Shown here piece by piece: positions 8,741-19,169 of a stretch of DNA of 64,000 nucleotides. The position numbers and the translations under genes were made by a program. Origin of the DNA: Abditibacterium sp. (lineage in GTDB: Bacteria > Armatimonadota > Abditibacteriia > Abditibacteriales > Abditibacteriaceae); NCBI GenBank assembly GCA_965199495.1, contig CBDASK010000003.1:2432001-2496000 (forward strand). The letters run 5' to 3'. The notes beneath the pieces were generated by a model. The model was not told the origin of the DNA. It saw nothing but the letters and a program-made list of their open reading frames with translations, and made no database searches. Each line of letters starts with the position of its first letter. Position 1 is the stretch's first letter.

Positions 8741-10624
8741 TTAATTTTTGCCCAACGACTCTTTCAACGATTGGCGAATCCGAATGTTGCGGCTGGCTTC
8801 GTGCGTTTCGTCCAATCGTTTGGCGTGCGCCGCCAGCAAATCGCCGCGCGTCAAAATGCCAGTCATGCGCGCAGTTTCGCCCGGCTCTATGACGACCAAA
8901 CGCCCGACACCAGCGCGCACCATGTGATCGGCGGCTTCGCGCAGAGTGCGGTCGCTCTCGATAATCACCGGCGCGCGCTTGATGAGTTCGCCGACTAATC
9001 GTTCGTCGGTCGCGCCGATTTCGAGAATATCGCGCCGCGTCACTACGCCGCAAACCACGCCGTTTTCGTTCGTCACCGGATAGCCCTGATGATGCGCCTG
9101 CGCGGCGCCCGAATGAAACCACGCGCGCACTTCGCGCAGTGTATCGCTCGATTTGAGCGTCACGACGGGCGACGTGGCTGCATCGCGCACGGCGACCTGC
9201 GCCAGATAATCCGCCGAGTATTCCGACGGCACGCGCACGCCGCGCCGCGCGATTTTTTCGGTCATAATCGTGTTTTCCATCAATAAAGACGAAACCAGAT
9301 ACGCCGCCGCGCAACCGCCCAACAGCGGCAACAGCCCCAGCGGTTGCAACGTCGTCTCGAACGCGAAAACTACCGAAGCCAGCAATGCGCGCGAGGCGCC
9401 CGCGAAAATCGCTGCCATGCCGACCAATCCCGCGATGCGCGGGTCAATGCCTACGCGCGGCAGCAATGCCGAGAAAGTCGCGCCGATGGAGGCGCCCAAC
9501 GCGCCGCCGACGGTGAAAAGCGGTGCCAGAGTGCCGCCCGAAGTGCCACTGCCCAGCGCGATAACCCACGACAAAAACTTGAGAATGCACAGCATTATCA
9601 GCGCGCGCCCGACCAGTTGGCCCGTCAGAATTTGCTCGATATTATCGTAGCCCACGCCCAGCGTATGCGGCGAAAAATAGCCGACGACGCCAACAGCCAC
9701 GCCGCCGATGGCGGGCCACCACATCCAGTGAATCGGCAACTTTTCAAACGCATCTTCGACGCCGTAAACCAACTTGGTAACGCCCACCGAAACCAATCCC
9801 ATAAACGCGCCCAAAATCACATAAAACGCCAGCGCCTCGCGGCTCGGTTGCGCCACGTTTGGCATCGCGAAAACCGCCGCGCTGCCCAGCGCCGCATAAC
9901 GCATCGCGGCGGCAGTTACGCTGGCGAGCGCAACGGGAATCAGCGAACGCGGGCGAAACTCGAACAATAATAGCTCAACTGCCAAAATCACGGCGGAAAC
10001 TGGGCTGCCGAAAATCGCCGACATACCCGCCGCCGCGCCCGCCGCCAACAGCGTTTTGCGCTCGTCTGCCGTCGTATGCAAAACCTGACCGACCAACGAA
10101 CCCAACGCGCCACCGGTCGCGATAATCGGCCCTTCGGCGCCAAACGGCCCACCGGTTCCAATGGCAATCGCCGACGAAACCGGCTTGAGAAACGTCAGGC
10201 GCGGCGGAATGCGGCTTTCGTTGAGTAAAACCTGCTCCATCGCTTCGGGAATGCCGTGCCCGCGAATCGCCTTGGAGCCATAACGCGCCATAAACCCGAC
10301 GATGACGCCGCCGATAACCGGAATTAGAATGACCCACAAACCCAGCTTATTTCCGGCGGGCGAAACCAAATTGGTCGAGAACTTCCCGTAAAACGCGAGA
10401 CCCGTCACGATGCCGATGAGCGCGACCAACAAACGCGCGATAAGCGCCGTTGCGACGCCCAGCGCAATCGCCAAACCGCTCATCAAAAGCACGCGGTTAT
10501 TGATTAACGGTTCGGGGCGCGGGGCGCCAACCGCGTCCAAGATCACTTCGAGCGAAGGAGCCACGGGCAACGCGCCGGTTTCTTCTAAAGCGCCAGAAAG
10601 CGGATTTCCATTGTGTTTATTCAT
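8741..10624 (-). CDS. ClC chloride channel/antiporter with C-terminal CBS pair
   Basis: GHGIPE, GAEGP and GSGTSGGTLAP ClC motifs; two CBS domains. Start placed at ATG 10624 because the ORF-track start lies inside a palindrome. Confidence 0.9.
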   Translation of the reverse strand: MNKHNGNPLSGALEETGALPVAPSLEVILDAVGAPRPEPLINNRVLLMSGLAIALGVATALIARLLVALIGIVTGLAFYGKFSTNLVSPAGNKLGLWVILIPVIGGVIVGFMARYGSKAIRGHGIPEAMEQVLLNESRIPPRLTFLKPVSSAIAIGTGGPFGAEGPIIATGGALGSLVGQVLHTTADERKTLLAAGAAAGMSAIFGSPVSAVILAVELLLFEFRPRSLIPVALASVTAAAMRYAALGSAAVFAMPNVAQPSREALAFYVILGAFMGLVSVGVTKLVYGVEDAFEKLPIHWMWWPAIGGVAVGVVGYFSPHTLGVGYDNIEQILTGQLVGRALIMLCILKFLSWVIALGSGTSGGTLAPLFTVGGALGASIGATFSALLPRVGIDPRIAGLVGMAAIFAGASRALLASVVFAFETTLQPLGLLPLLGGCAAAYLVSSLLMENTIMTEKIARRGVRVPSEYSADYLAQVAVRDAATSPVVTLKSSDTLREVRAWFHSGAAQAHHQGYPVTNENGVVCGVVTRRDILEIGATDERLVGELIKRAPVIIESDRTLREAADHMVRAGVGRLVVIEPGETARMTGILTRGDLLAAHAKRLDETHEASRNIRIRQSLKESLGKN

Positions 10625-10717
10625 CGGGGTTAAGCGAGTTTGTCGTAAAGTCCCGCTTATTTCAGGCATTTTTTTGACAGCGTTTTGTTGTGTGACCTTT
10701 TTCGTGATGCCCACCAT

Positions 10718-10854
10718 ATTGTCATTTTGAGCGCAGTGAGGGACGAACGAAGTCGAAGAATCCACAACGTATTGGTAGTGACGAAGGTGAACTCAACGCA
10801 CAATTTATGGATTCTTCGACTTCGTTCGTCCCTCACTGCGCTCAAAATGACAAT
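10718..10854. repeat. Palindromic element family A, copy 1 (GTCATT...AATGAC type)
   Basis: About 47 bp perfect inverted arms tgtcattttgagcgcagtgagggacgaacgaagtcgaagaatcca; homologous to 32322-32456 and to the core of 63029-63237. Confidence 0.9.
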
Positions 10855-10893
10855 GCGAAATTAAAGCTCAAGTTCTTCCGCTATCCTTTCTTC

Positions 10894-11151
10894 ATGGGCG
10901 ACCTCAAATCCACGCGTTTAATAATATTCAAAGGTTTTCTGTTTCTCTTCTGCGGCGCCGTGGCTGCACTCACGCTGCTCGCCGAAAATTGGAATTGGCG
11001 CAACGCGTTACTTCTCGCCATCGCGATTTGGAGCTTTTGCCGGTTCTATTATTTCGCGTTTTACGTCATCGAACGCTATGTTGACGCGACTTATAACTTT
11101 TCGAGTTTGTGGTCGTTTATGATGTATTGGTTCAAAAAACGCGCGCAGTAA
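10894..11151 (+). CDS. Small membrane protein of unknown function
   Basis: MGDLKSTRLIIFKGFLFLFCG...RFYYFAFYVIERYVD; two hydrophobic segments. The upstream ORF extension lies in the palindrome. Confidence 0.7.
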   Translation: MGDLKSTRLIIFKGFLFLFCGAVAALTLLAENWNWRNALLLAIAIWSFCRFYYFAFYVIERYVDATYNFSSLWSFMMYWFKKRAQ

Positions 11152-11324
11152 TAGACAAATTAGGGTTCCCGGCGCGCGCTAAGCGCGTATAATGTTCCCG
11201 CACGTTCTTAATTTCGCCCCCTTTTATCAGGAAAATTCCCCCGCGAAATTCAGACTCGAATTTCACGTTGGTCTCGCATTGACCCATTTAGATTTGTCGG
11301 GTCAAGCGCGCTAAAAGACCAAAT

Positions 11325-12707
11325 ATGTCAGAAAAACTCAACACGACGGAAGAGTCCGTCCCATCGTCGCTCGCCGACACTCCCGAAATTTCGCAAAGCG
11401 AAATTAACGAAACCGAAGCTCCGCAGACAAACGAGCTTTCGTTTCACGACCTCCCGCTCGCGCCGCCGATTTTGAAAGCGCTCGACCGCGCCAAATTCAC
11501 CATTCCCACGCCGATTCAGGCGCAGGCGATTCCCATCATCACGTCGGGCAAAGATTTGATCGGCATTGCCCAGACCGGCACCGGCAAAACCCTGGCGTTT
11601 GGCCTGCCGATTTTGCAGCACTTCATCGAAAGCCGCACCGCCGGTCGCGCCTTGATTCTGTTGCCGACGCGCGAACTGGCTTTGCAGGTCGAAGAAGCGT
11701 TGCAGGGCATGGCCAAGCAATTCAAATTGCGTTCGGCGGTTTTGATCGGCGGCGCACCGATTCGCCAGCAGTGGGCGCAACTGCGCGCCAACCCCGACCT
11801 CATCGTAGCCACGCCGGGCCGCTTGATTGACCATCTCAAAAATGGCGCCGTTGATTTGCGCTCGGTTGATACGCTCGTCTTGGACGAAGCCGACCGCATG
11901 CTCGACATGGGTTTCGCGCCGCAGATCGACCAAATCGTCAAATCGGTGCCCAAAGAACGCCAGACATTATTGTTTTCGGCGACGATGCCCGAAGCCATCG
12001 AACGCATGGCGCAGGATTATATGCACAACCCGGAACGCGTCGAAATCGAGAAGGCGGGCACATCGGCGGAAAACATCACGCAGGAACTGTTCGTCGTGCC
12101 GCAGGAAGCCAAAAACGATTTGTTGTCACAGGTTTTGTATGACACGACCGGCCCGGTTCTGGTGTTTACGCGCACAAGGTCGCGCGCGCGCCGCGTCTGC
12201 AAAGAGGTCAACGGCTGGGACATCCGCGCCGCCGAAATCCACGCCGATAGAACATTGGTGCAGCGTCGCGCGGCTTTGGACGGCTTCAAGGCGGGCAAAT
12301 ATCGCGTTCTGATCGCGACCGACATCGCGGCGCGCGGCATTGACGTGAAGAACATCGAAGTCGTCGTCAACTACGATTTGCCCGATTCGGCGGACGATTA
12401 CATTCACCGCATCGGTCGCACCGCGCGCGCTGGCGCGAGCGGCAAAGCGATCTCGTTCGCCGCGCCCGACCAGGGCCGCGACGTGCGCGACATCGAACGC
12501 CTGATGCGCATGACGTTGCCGTTGGCGGAAGGCAACAAATACGAACTCGAAATGCCCAAAAGTTCGAGCGGCGGACGCAAACGCGGCCCCTCGCGCGGCG
12601 GCTCCGGCGGCGGCAATCGCCGCTCGTTCGGTGGCGGTGGCTCCGGCGGCCCACGCGGCGCAAGCGGTGGCGGCAATCGCGCCCGTCGCCCGGCGCGCGC
12701 GCGTTAG
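11325..12707 (+). CDS. DEAD-box ATP-dependent RNA helicase (RhlE-like)
   Basis: Q motif, AQTGTGKT, PTRELA, DEAD, SAT, HRIGRTAR; Gly/Arg-rich tail. Confidence 0.95.
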   Translation: MSEKLNTTEESVPSSLADTPEISQSEINETEAPQTNELSFHDLPLAPPILKALDRAKFTIPTPIQAQAIPIITSGKDLIGIAQTGTGKTLAFGLPILQHFIESRTAGRALILLPTRELALQVEEALQGMAKQFKLRSAVLIGGAPIRQQWAQLRANPDLIVATPGRLIDHLKNGAVDLRSVDTLVLDEADRMLDMGFAPQIDQIVKSVPKERQTLLFSATMPEAIERMAQDYMHNPERVEIEKAGTSAENITQELFVVPQEAKNDLLSQVLYDTTGPVLVFTRTRSRARRVCKEVNGWDIRAAEIHADRTLVQRRAALDGFKAGKYRVLIATDIAARGIDVKNIEVVVNYDLPDSADDYIHRIGRTARAGASGKAISFAAPDQGRDVRDIERLMRMTLPLAEGNKYELEMPKSSSGGRKRGPSRGGSGGGNRRSFGGGGSGGPRGASGGGNRARRPARAR

Positions 12708-12721
12708 TTGTTGGTGCTTGC

Positions 12722-12766
12722 AAACAGAAAACTCCCGCGATGTTTTATCGCGGGAGTTTTCTGTTT
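12722..12766. terminator. Bidirectional terminator between convergent helicase and RND genes
   Basis: aaacagaaaactcccgcgat-gtttt-atcgcgggagttttctgttt. Confidence 0.8.
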
Positions 12767-12772
12767 CTTACA

Positions 12773-12847
12773 GCGGGGTTGACGCCCTCTTCCAATCGGC
12801 GGACTTTTCTCCAAACTTAACAGATTGGAAGGAGGCGTCAGCTCCGC
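12773..12847. repeat. REP-like imperfect doublet; uninterrupted form of the MITE target
   Basis: gcggggttgacgccctcttccaatc ... gattggaaggaggcgtcagctccgc; matches the sequences flanking both MITE copies. Confidence 0.7.
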
Positions 12848-12858
12848 CTCTGCTCCTC

Positions 12859-15800
12859 CTACGTCGCATTCTCAACTTTCGCCGCCTTCTTCTCTTTGCT
12901 CCGCACGCGCGCGAACCATTGTTGCGCGTCGTCCAACAGCGAATAAACGACCGGCGTGGCTAAGAGCGTCAGCAACAGCGAGAGCGTTTGGCCGCCGAAA
13001 ATCACCGTGCCAATCGCGCGGTTGGTGCCCGCGCCCGTTCCCGTCGAAATCACCAGAGGAATCATGCCCGCCACGAACGCGAGGGTCGTCATCAAAATTG
13101 GGCGCAGACGGTCGCGGTTGGCCTGGATAATCGCGTCGTGCCGGTTCATGCCGCGCTCGCGCAGTTGGTTGGTGTGGTCAACCTGCAAAATCGCGTTTTT
13201 CTTGACAACGCCAAACAATAAAAGCATGCCCAGCGCCGAATAAATGTTGAGCGATTGGCCGAATATCACAATCGAAAGTAACGCGAATGGCACCGTTAAA
13301 GGCAGCGAAACCAAAATCGTGATCGGGTGAATCCAGCTCTCGAACTGCGCGGCCAAAATCAGATACATGAAGACGACCGATAGGCCCAGCGCGAGCAAAA
13401 AGGCTTCGGTGGCTTTGGCCTGTTCGCGCGAACTGCCCGAAGGCGCGCCGACGTAGCCGGGCGGCAAGTTCAGGTTTTTGTAGGCGTCGTTCAGGCCTTT
13501 GATAATCGAATCCGACGATGCGCCGGGCGCGGTGTTAATCGAAACCGTGATGGCGCGCTGGCGGTCAACGCGATTGATTTGCGTCGGGCCGAGCGCGCGT
13601 TTGAAGCTGGCAACCTGATCTAAATTCGCGGTGCCGTTGAAGCTCGACGGCACGCTCCACAGCGAAATGCCGCCCGCATCGGCGCGATATTGCGAGGGGG
13701 CGCGCATGAAAACGTCGTATTGGTAGCCGCCGGTGATGTAAGTCGAAACCTTGTCGCCGCCCACGATAAAGCGTAGCGCCGTGGCGGCGTCGCTGACTTT
13801 CACACCCAGATCGGCGGCGGCGTCGCGGTTGATGACGGTTTGCAGTTCGGGATTGCCCTCGACGTAATCGGTGTCGGCATCGGCGGCGCCGGGCAACTTT
13901 TTGGCGGCCTCGATCATGCGGGCGGCGGCATCTTTCAAAACCGGCAAATCGGGGCCGGTCAAAACGTATTGCACGCCGCGCCCGCCACCGCTAAATCCGC
14001 GTAGTGCCTGGGGCGGCGAAACGCGCGTGCGCAGATTATCGGCTTTGAACTTGGGCAAAACCTTTTTGCGCACCAAGTCCATCACATCGTTTTGCGAAAC
14101 CTCGCGCGCGCCGATGTCTTTGAGGCCGACGAAAACCTCCGCCGAGTTGGTGCTCGATGCCCCATAACCATTGACAGACATCAGCGTGTAATCCACGCCC
14201 GGCAACTTCTGAATTTGCGCGGCCATGCGGTGCGCGATGGCGGTCGTCGCTTCCAAAGATGTGCCTTCGGGCGCGCGCGCCGAAACCGAAAAGTTCGATT
14301 CATCGTCTTCGGGCAAAAAGTTAAACGGCGCCATTTTGTAAAGCGTCGGAATGGCCGCCAGCGACAAAACGCACGCTGTGACGATCACCCAGCGATGCGC
14401 CATCGTCCATTCGAGCAAACGTGTGTAAGCCGCGTCAATCGCGCCGAAAAACTTGCCGCCGCTCGCGTGGCCATCGCTTTGTCCGGCGCCGTGGCTGCTT
14501 TGGCCACCACGCGGTTTTTCGTCCGGTTTACGCCCCAGCCAGCGCGCGCCCAGCGACGGCGCCAGCGTGAACGAAACCAGCAAACTCACCAGAATCGCGA
14601 AGCTCATGGTGATGCCGAACGAACTGAGTAAGCGTCCGGTCAAACCCTGCATGAACGCGACCGGCAAAAAGACGGCGATCAAACTTAAAGTCGTCGCCAA
14701 GACGGCCAGACCGATTTCGCGCGTGCCTTGAATGGCGGCTGCTTCGGCGTCCAATCCTTCGGCGTTCATCACGCGAAAGATGTTTTCGATGACCACAATC
14801 GCGTCGTCAATCACGATGCCAACCGCCAAAGTCAGCGCCAAAAGCGTGATAATATTGAGCGTGAAACCGAACGCCCACATCAAACCGAAAGTCGCGATAA
14901 TCGAGGCGGGAATCGAGAGCGCCGCGATAATGGTGGCGCGCCAGTTGAGCAGAAATATCAACACCACGAGAGTCGCCAGAATCGAACCGACAACCAGATG
15001 TTCTTCGACGGCGTCAACGGCGGCCTGAATATATTGCGATTGATCGCGCACGACTTGGGCTTTGTAATCGGCGGGGAAACTTTTTTCGGCTTCGCTCATG
15101 CGCGCTTTGATGGCGTTAATTGTCGTCAAAGTGTTGACGCCCGATTGCTTGCGAATATAAATCGAGACCGTCGGTTTGCCGTTCAATTCGGATGTGCGCG
15201 AAACCTCAGCCACGCCGTCTTCGACCTGCGCGACATCGCTCAATCGCACCGAGCCGCTCCCCGCGCCGTCATTTTTAACGATCAAACGCTCGAAGCCTTG
15301 CAATGAAGTGATGCGGCCTTGCGTGCGCAAAGTCAGAGTTTGCTTGCCGTTCTCGACATCGCCGCCGGGCACTTCCAGGTTGCCCGCCTGAATCGCCGCG
15401 ATCAAATCGTTGACGCTCAGGCCGTAGCCGCGCAGTTTGAACGGATCGGGAATGATGTTAATTTGCCGATCTTGCCCACCGCCGACGATGACTTCGCCCA
15501 CGCCATCGGCGCTTTCGATTTGCGGCTGCACGACTTTGGTCGCGTATTCGGTGAGTTGCTTGACACTGACCGGCGCCGACAGCGCGTAGCCGATGATGGG
15601 CGACGAGTTGGGGTCTTGCTTGCGCACGATGGGCGCATCAATTTCGTCGGGCAGCTGGCGCTGCGCCAAGTTGACTTTATCGCGCACTTCCTGCGTCGCC
15701 AAATCGGGGTCAACATCGAGATTGAACGAAACCGTGACGCGCGAACTGCCTTCGGTCGAAGTCGAACTCAACTCGTTGATGCCAGCGATAGTATTGACGT

Positions 15801-16011
15801 TCGATTCGATAATTTCGGTGATTTCGGTTTCGATGGCTTCGGGCGAAGCACCCGCATAACTGGTCGAAATGCTGATCGTCGGGTTTTCGACTTCGGGCAA
15901 GCGGTCAACGCCCAAACGGGTAAATCCAACGGTGCCGAACACGACCAACACCAAGATTAAGACGATAGCGAAAACGGGGCGCTTCACACAGACTTCGGCG
16001 AGCTTTTGCAT
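12859..16011 (-). CDS. RND efflux transporter permease (AcrB/AcrD/AcrF family)
   Basis: 1050 aa; RPVFA, GIVIDDAIVVIEN, KKNAILQVD, RLRPILMTT motifs. Confidence 0.95.
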   Translation of the reverse strand: MQKLAEVCVKRPVFAIVLILVLVVFGTVGFTRLGVDRLPEVENPTISISTSYAGASPEAIETEITEIIESNVNTIAGINELSSTSTEGSSRVTVSFNLDVDPDLATQEVRDKVNLAQRQLPDEIDAPIVRKQDPNSSPIIGYALSAPVSVKQLTEYATKVVQPQIESADGVGEVIVGGGQDRQINIIPDPFKLRGYGLSVNDLIAAIQAGNLEVPGGDVENGKQTLTLRTQGRITSLQGFERLIVKNDGAGSGSVRLSDVAQVEDGVAEVSRTSELNGKPTVSIYIRKQSGVNTLTTINAIKARMSEAEKSFPADYKAQVVRDQSQYIQAAVDAVEEHLVVGSILATLVVLIFLLNWRATIIAALSIPASIIATFGLMWAFGFTLNIITLLALTLAVGIVIDDAIVVIENIFRVMNAEGLDAEAAAIQGTREIGLAVLATTLSLIAVFLPVAFMQGLTGRLLSSFGITMSFAILVSLLVSFTLAPSLGARWLGRKPDEKPRGGQSSHGAGQSDGHASGGKFFGAIDAAYTRLLEWTMAHRWVIVTACVLSLAAIPTLYKMAPFNFLPEDDESNFSVSARAPEGTSLEATTAIAHRMAAQIQKLPGVDYTLMSVNGYGASSTNSAEVFVGLKDIGAREVSQNDVMDLVRKKVLPKFKADNLRTRVSPPQALRGFSGGGRGVQYVLTGPDLPVLKDAAARMIEAAKKLPGAADADTDYVEGNPELQTVINRDAAADLGVKVSDAATALRFIVGGDKVSTYITGGYQYDVFMRAPSQYRADAGGISLWSVPSSFNGTANLDQVASFKRALGPTQINRVDRQRAITVSINTAPGASSDSIIKGLNDAYKNLNLPPGYVGAPSGSSREQAKATEAFLLALGLSVVFMYLILAAQFESWIHPITILVSLPLTVPFALLSIVIFGQSLNIYSALGMLLLFGVVKKNAILQVDHTNQLRERGMNRHDAIIQANRDRLRPILMTTLAFVAGMIPLVISTGTGAGTNRAIGTVIFGGQTLSLLLTLLATPVVYSLLDDAQQWFARVRSKEKKAAKVENAT

Positions 16012-16138
16012 AAGATGATGAGAAAGAGTTTAGGAAGTGATGTGCCATTTGGGGCGCGCGCGAGAAAACGTCACGTTAGGAAAACGCGAGTTACTTTGCG
16101 CTTGCCACAAAGCGAAGGCTGAGTGAGGGCGTCAGCCC

Positions 16139-16383
16139 CAGGGCAAACGCACACCAAATTGAGCGTGAATCGTAGGGTCACCGGCTTGCCGTGACCGCAA
16201 AGGTCAGTTGACTTTGTTGTTTGGCAAGAACTTGGACTTGACCAAAAGCCGTGACTTTGCGGTCACGGCAAGCCGGTGACCCTACGGTTCACGCTCAATT
16301 TGGTGTGCGTTTGCCGACGGCTCTGGCAGCCGCTTCTTCTTTTTTGCGAGGGTTCACGCTCAATTTGTAGTGCGTTTGCCCTG
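16139..16383. mobile_element. MITE copy 1 (TIR CAGGGCAAACGCAC..), carrying a GTAG-REPIN and a duplicated right TIR
   Basis: TIRs cagggcaaacgcac / gtgcgtttgccctg; flanking direct repeat ggcgtcagccc (16128-16138, 16384-16394); internal gtagggtcaccggcttgccgtgaccgc inverted pair. Confidence 0.85.
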
Positions 16384-16524
16384 GGCGTCAGCCCCGCCTT
16401 TTAACTTCCGAAACATTCCGGTAACCCAAAGTTCACCCAAAAAACACGCGAAACCAAGGGTCTGCGAAACAAGCGCGCGCCAATCTATAAGACAAGACGC
16501 CGACACGCAGGCGCACTTGTTCTT

Positions 16525-17850
16525 ATGAATCTCACCCGACGCGAAATGATGCGCGAACTGCTGTTGGCTGGTCTTTCCCTGACCGCCGCCAGCACCGTCC
16601 TTGCCGGTTGCGGAGGCAATTCCGCTTCCACTGACTCCAATGCAGCCACGGCGAGTTCGTCGTCGGGCACCGCGTCATCAAGCGGCCCGATTCGGCTGGG
16701 TTTTATCCCGCTCACCGACTGCGCCTCGCTGGTCGTGGCCGATCAGATGGGCTACTTCAAAAAACATAATGTGCAAGTCGAAGTCGTCAAAATGGCGAAC
16801 TGGAACGCGGTGCGCGATCAGATTTCGTCCAACATTTTGCAGGGCGCGCACTGTCTGTTCGGAATGCCGTTTTCGATTGCGACCGGCGTTTCGCAGGCCA
16901 AAGGCGATCCGCTCAAAATCGCTATGACCATCAGCAACAACGGGCAGGGCACCTCGCTGGCCAACGAGTTTCAGGGCAAAGTCAAATACGCCGATTTCGC
17001 CGGTTTCGGCAAAGCCGCAAAAGAACTGCAACAGAAGCTGAAACTGGAAAATAAGAACCTGACCTTCGGCATGACTTACCCCGGCGGCACTCACGATATG
17101 TGGATGCACCTGAGTTTGGCGGGCGCGGGCATTGACCCGAAAAGCGTGGCGATTAAACCGGTGCCGCCGCCGCAGATGGTCAACAACATGAAGGTCGGCG
17201 GACTGGACGGCTACAACGTCGGCGAGCCGTGGAATGGGCGCGCCGTCGCCGAAAACGTCGGGTTTAGCTTTATCGCCTCGCAGGATTTGTGGCAGAATCA
17301 TCCCGAAAAAGCTTTGGTCGTCAACGGTAAATTCGCCGAATCGCGCCGCGATGATCTGAAAAAAGTGATGATGGCGATGCTCGAAGCCTCGAAATTCATT
17401 GACGACATGAAGAACCGGCCCGCCGTGGCTAAGACGATTGGCACCAAGGCTTATGTCGGCGCCGAACCCGAAGTCATTCTGCCGCGCTTGATGGGCACTT
17501 ATCCTCTGGGCGGCGGTTTGGGCCAGCATACGACCGATCACCCGATGCAGTTCTATCGCGACGGCGACGTGAACTTGCCGCGCCACGGCCACGCTATCTG
17601 GTTCATGACGGCCTACGAACGCTGGGGCATGGCGAAATTGCCCGCCGACCCGATGAAAGTCGCCAAAGACGTGATTATGCAAGACCTGTATAAAGAGGTC
17701 GCGGGCGAAATGAAAATTCCGGTTCCCGACGACGACATGAAGCCGTTCGAGGTGAAAGTGGACGCGATGACCTTCGATCCGAACAAGCCGCAGGAGATGG
17801 CGAAAATGCTGATGGCGCAGGACGCGACGCGGCAGAAGACGATGGCGTAG
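16525..17850 (+). CDS. nrtA: CmpA/NrtA-family nitrate/nitrite ABC substrate-binding lipoprotein
   Basis: TRR..LAGC signal; LGFIPLTDCASL, TYPGGTHD, PPPQMV, VGEPWN, HPEK. Confidence 0.9.
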   Translation: MNLTRREMMRELLLAGLSLTAASTVLAGCGGNSASTDSNAATASSSSGTASSSGPIRLGFIPLTDCASLVVADQMGYFKKHNVQVEVVKMANWNAVRDQISSNILQGAHCLFGMPFSIATGVSQAKGDPLKIAMTISNNGQGTSLANEFQGKVKYADFAGFGKAAKELQQKLKLENKNLTFGMTYPGGTHDMWMHLSLAGAGIDPKSVAIKPVPPPQMVNNMKVGGLDGYNVGEPWNGRAVAENVGFSFIASQDLWQNHPEKALVVNGKFAESRRDDLKKVMMAMLEASKFIDDMKNRPAVAKTIGTKAYVGAEPEVILPRLMGTYPLGGGLGQHTTDHPMQFYRDGDVNLPRHGHAIWFMTAYERWGMAKLPADPMKVAKDVIMQDLYKEVAGEMKIPVPDDDMKPFEVKVDAMTFDPNKPQEMAKMLMAQDATRQKTMA

Positions 17851-17855
17851 CGATT

Positions 17856-18002
17856 AATGCGATATAAAATCGCAGCCAAGGAAGTCGTCGGCCTTCGCCG
17901 ACACGAGGAGGTTGCGACAACAACGAACTGTTCGTCGCTGAAATAATTGCGATATGTCGGCGAAGGCCGACGACTTCCTTGGCTGCGATTTTATATCGCA
18001 TT
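17856..18002. repeat. Long palindromic element (family C), 48 bp perfect arms
   Basis: aatgcgatataaaatcgcagccaaggaagtcgtcggccttcgccgaca and its exact reverse complement at 17955-18002. Confidence 0.9.
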
Positions 18003-18033
18003 CATTCCCCAACAAACCCAAACACAAAACATC

Positions 18034-18930
18034 ATGGTTCAAGACGCATCCACTCTCGCGCAAAGCGCGCATCAAGCCGTCGCACCGGCGCCGGTCAAAG
18101 TCAAAACCGATCCGTCGGTGCTGGCGGTTAAATCGAAATCGGCGCTGGTTGGCGCGCTTTATTTTCTGGCTTCGATGGCGATTTTATTGGCCTTCTGGGT
18201 CGCGCTGCAAAAGAGTTTCGCCCACGATTTGCCGACGCCCGCCGCGACGTTTACCGCGCTCAAGGCGTTGCTGGCTCATCCCTATTTCATCAAGCCCGAC
18301 GGCACGATGGGCGTGATTAATCTGGTTTATGCTTCGCTGGTGCGCGTGTTTATCGGCTTCGCGCTGGGCAGTTTGGTCGCGATTCCTCTGGGCGTGTTGA
18401 TGGGCAGTTCCGATGTCGCCAAACGCCTGATTGACCCGATTTCGCAGGTGATGCGCCCGGTTTCGCCGCTCGCGTGGTTCCCGCTCGCGCAGGTCGTATT
18501 TTTGACGTTGGGTCAGGGCGCGATGCCCGCCGCGATTATCGGCACCATCGCCATTACCTGTTTGTGGCCGACTCTGGTCAACACCGCCGTCGGCGTCGCC
18601 AGTTTGCCGCAAGATTACGCGACCGTCGCCAAGGTTTTTCAGTTTTCCAAAACGCGCTATCTCACCAAAGTTCTGCTGCCCTATTCGCTACCGCATATCG
18701 TGACCGGTTTGCGTTTGAGCATGGGCATCGCGTGGCTGGTCATCGTGGCGGCGGAAATGTTGTCGGGCGCTTCGGGCATCGGCTTTTCGGCGTTTGACGC
18801 CTACAATCAAGGCCGCCTCGACGACATGATGGCGACGATTATCGTCATCGGCGCCGTCGGTTTGATTCTGGATAAAGGCTTCGATTGGATGCAACGCCGC
18901 CTGTCGTATGAGGATGCACCGGGGAAATAG
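18034..18930 (+). CDS. nrtB: Nitrate ABC transporter permease
   Basis: SLVRVFIGF, RPVSPLAWFP, GLRLSMGIAWLVIVAAEM; start placed at ATG 18034, after the palindrome. Confidence 0.9.
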   Translation: MVQDASTLAQSAHQAVAPAPVKVKTDPSVLAVKSKSALVGALYFLASMAILLAFWVALQKSFAHDLPTPAATFTALKALLAHPYFIKPDGTMGVINLVYASLVRVFIGFALGSLVAIPLGVLMGSSDVAKRLIDPISQVMRPVSPLAWFPLAQVVFLTLGQGAMPAAIIGTIAITCLWPTLVNTAVGVASLPQDYATVAKVFQFSKTRYLTKVLLPYSLPHIVTGLRLSMGIAWLVIVAAEMLSGASGIGFSAFDAYNQGRLDDMMATIIVIGAVGLILDKGFDWMQRRLSYEDAPGK

Positions 18931-18944
18931 AGCGTGTGGCGTTA

Positions 18945-19085
18945 TTCCCTCACCCGACCTCGCGCGGCTCGGTCACCCTCTCCCGAAGGGAGAAGGATTG
19001 TTGGCGCTCTTTTTACACGAAGAAATTTCCTACTTCCTTCTCCCTCCGGGAGAGGGTGGCTGAGGCACGAAGCCGGGTGAGGGAA
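18945..19085. repeat. Palindromic element family D (CCCTCACCC..CCCTCTCCC..GGGAGAGGG), copy 1
   Basis: ttccctcacccg...ccctctcccgaagggagaagga and reverse arm tccttctccctccgggagaggg...gggtgagggaa. Confidence 0.8.
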
Positions 19086-19169
19086 AACGGCTCGCTCTTC
19101 AATCCAACAAAAACCACCACTTCCCTTAGCGGGGAAATAGCGCTTTTTAGCGGAGGCGCGGAAAAAACC

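Noticed and set aside
10625..10893. Identical N-termini MDSSTSFVPHCAQNDN on two divergent ORFs
   Set aside because: Artefact of ORFs starting in the two arms of the family A palindrome
17947..19169. N-terminal extensions of nrtB and nrtC in the ORF track (also 25190-25261)
   Set aside because: They run through or start beside palindromic repeats; better starts lie downstream
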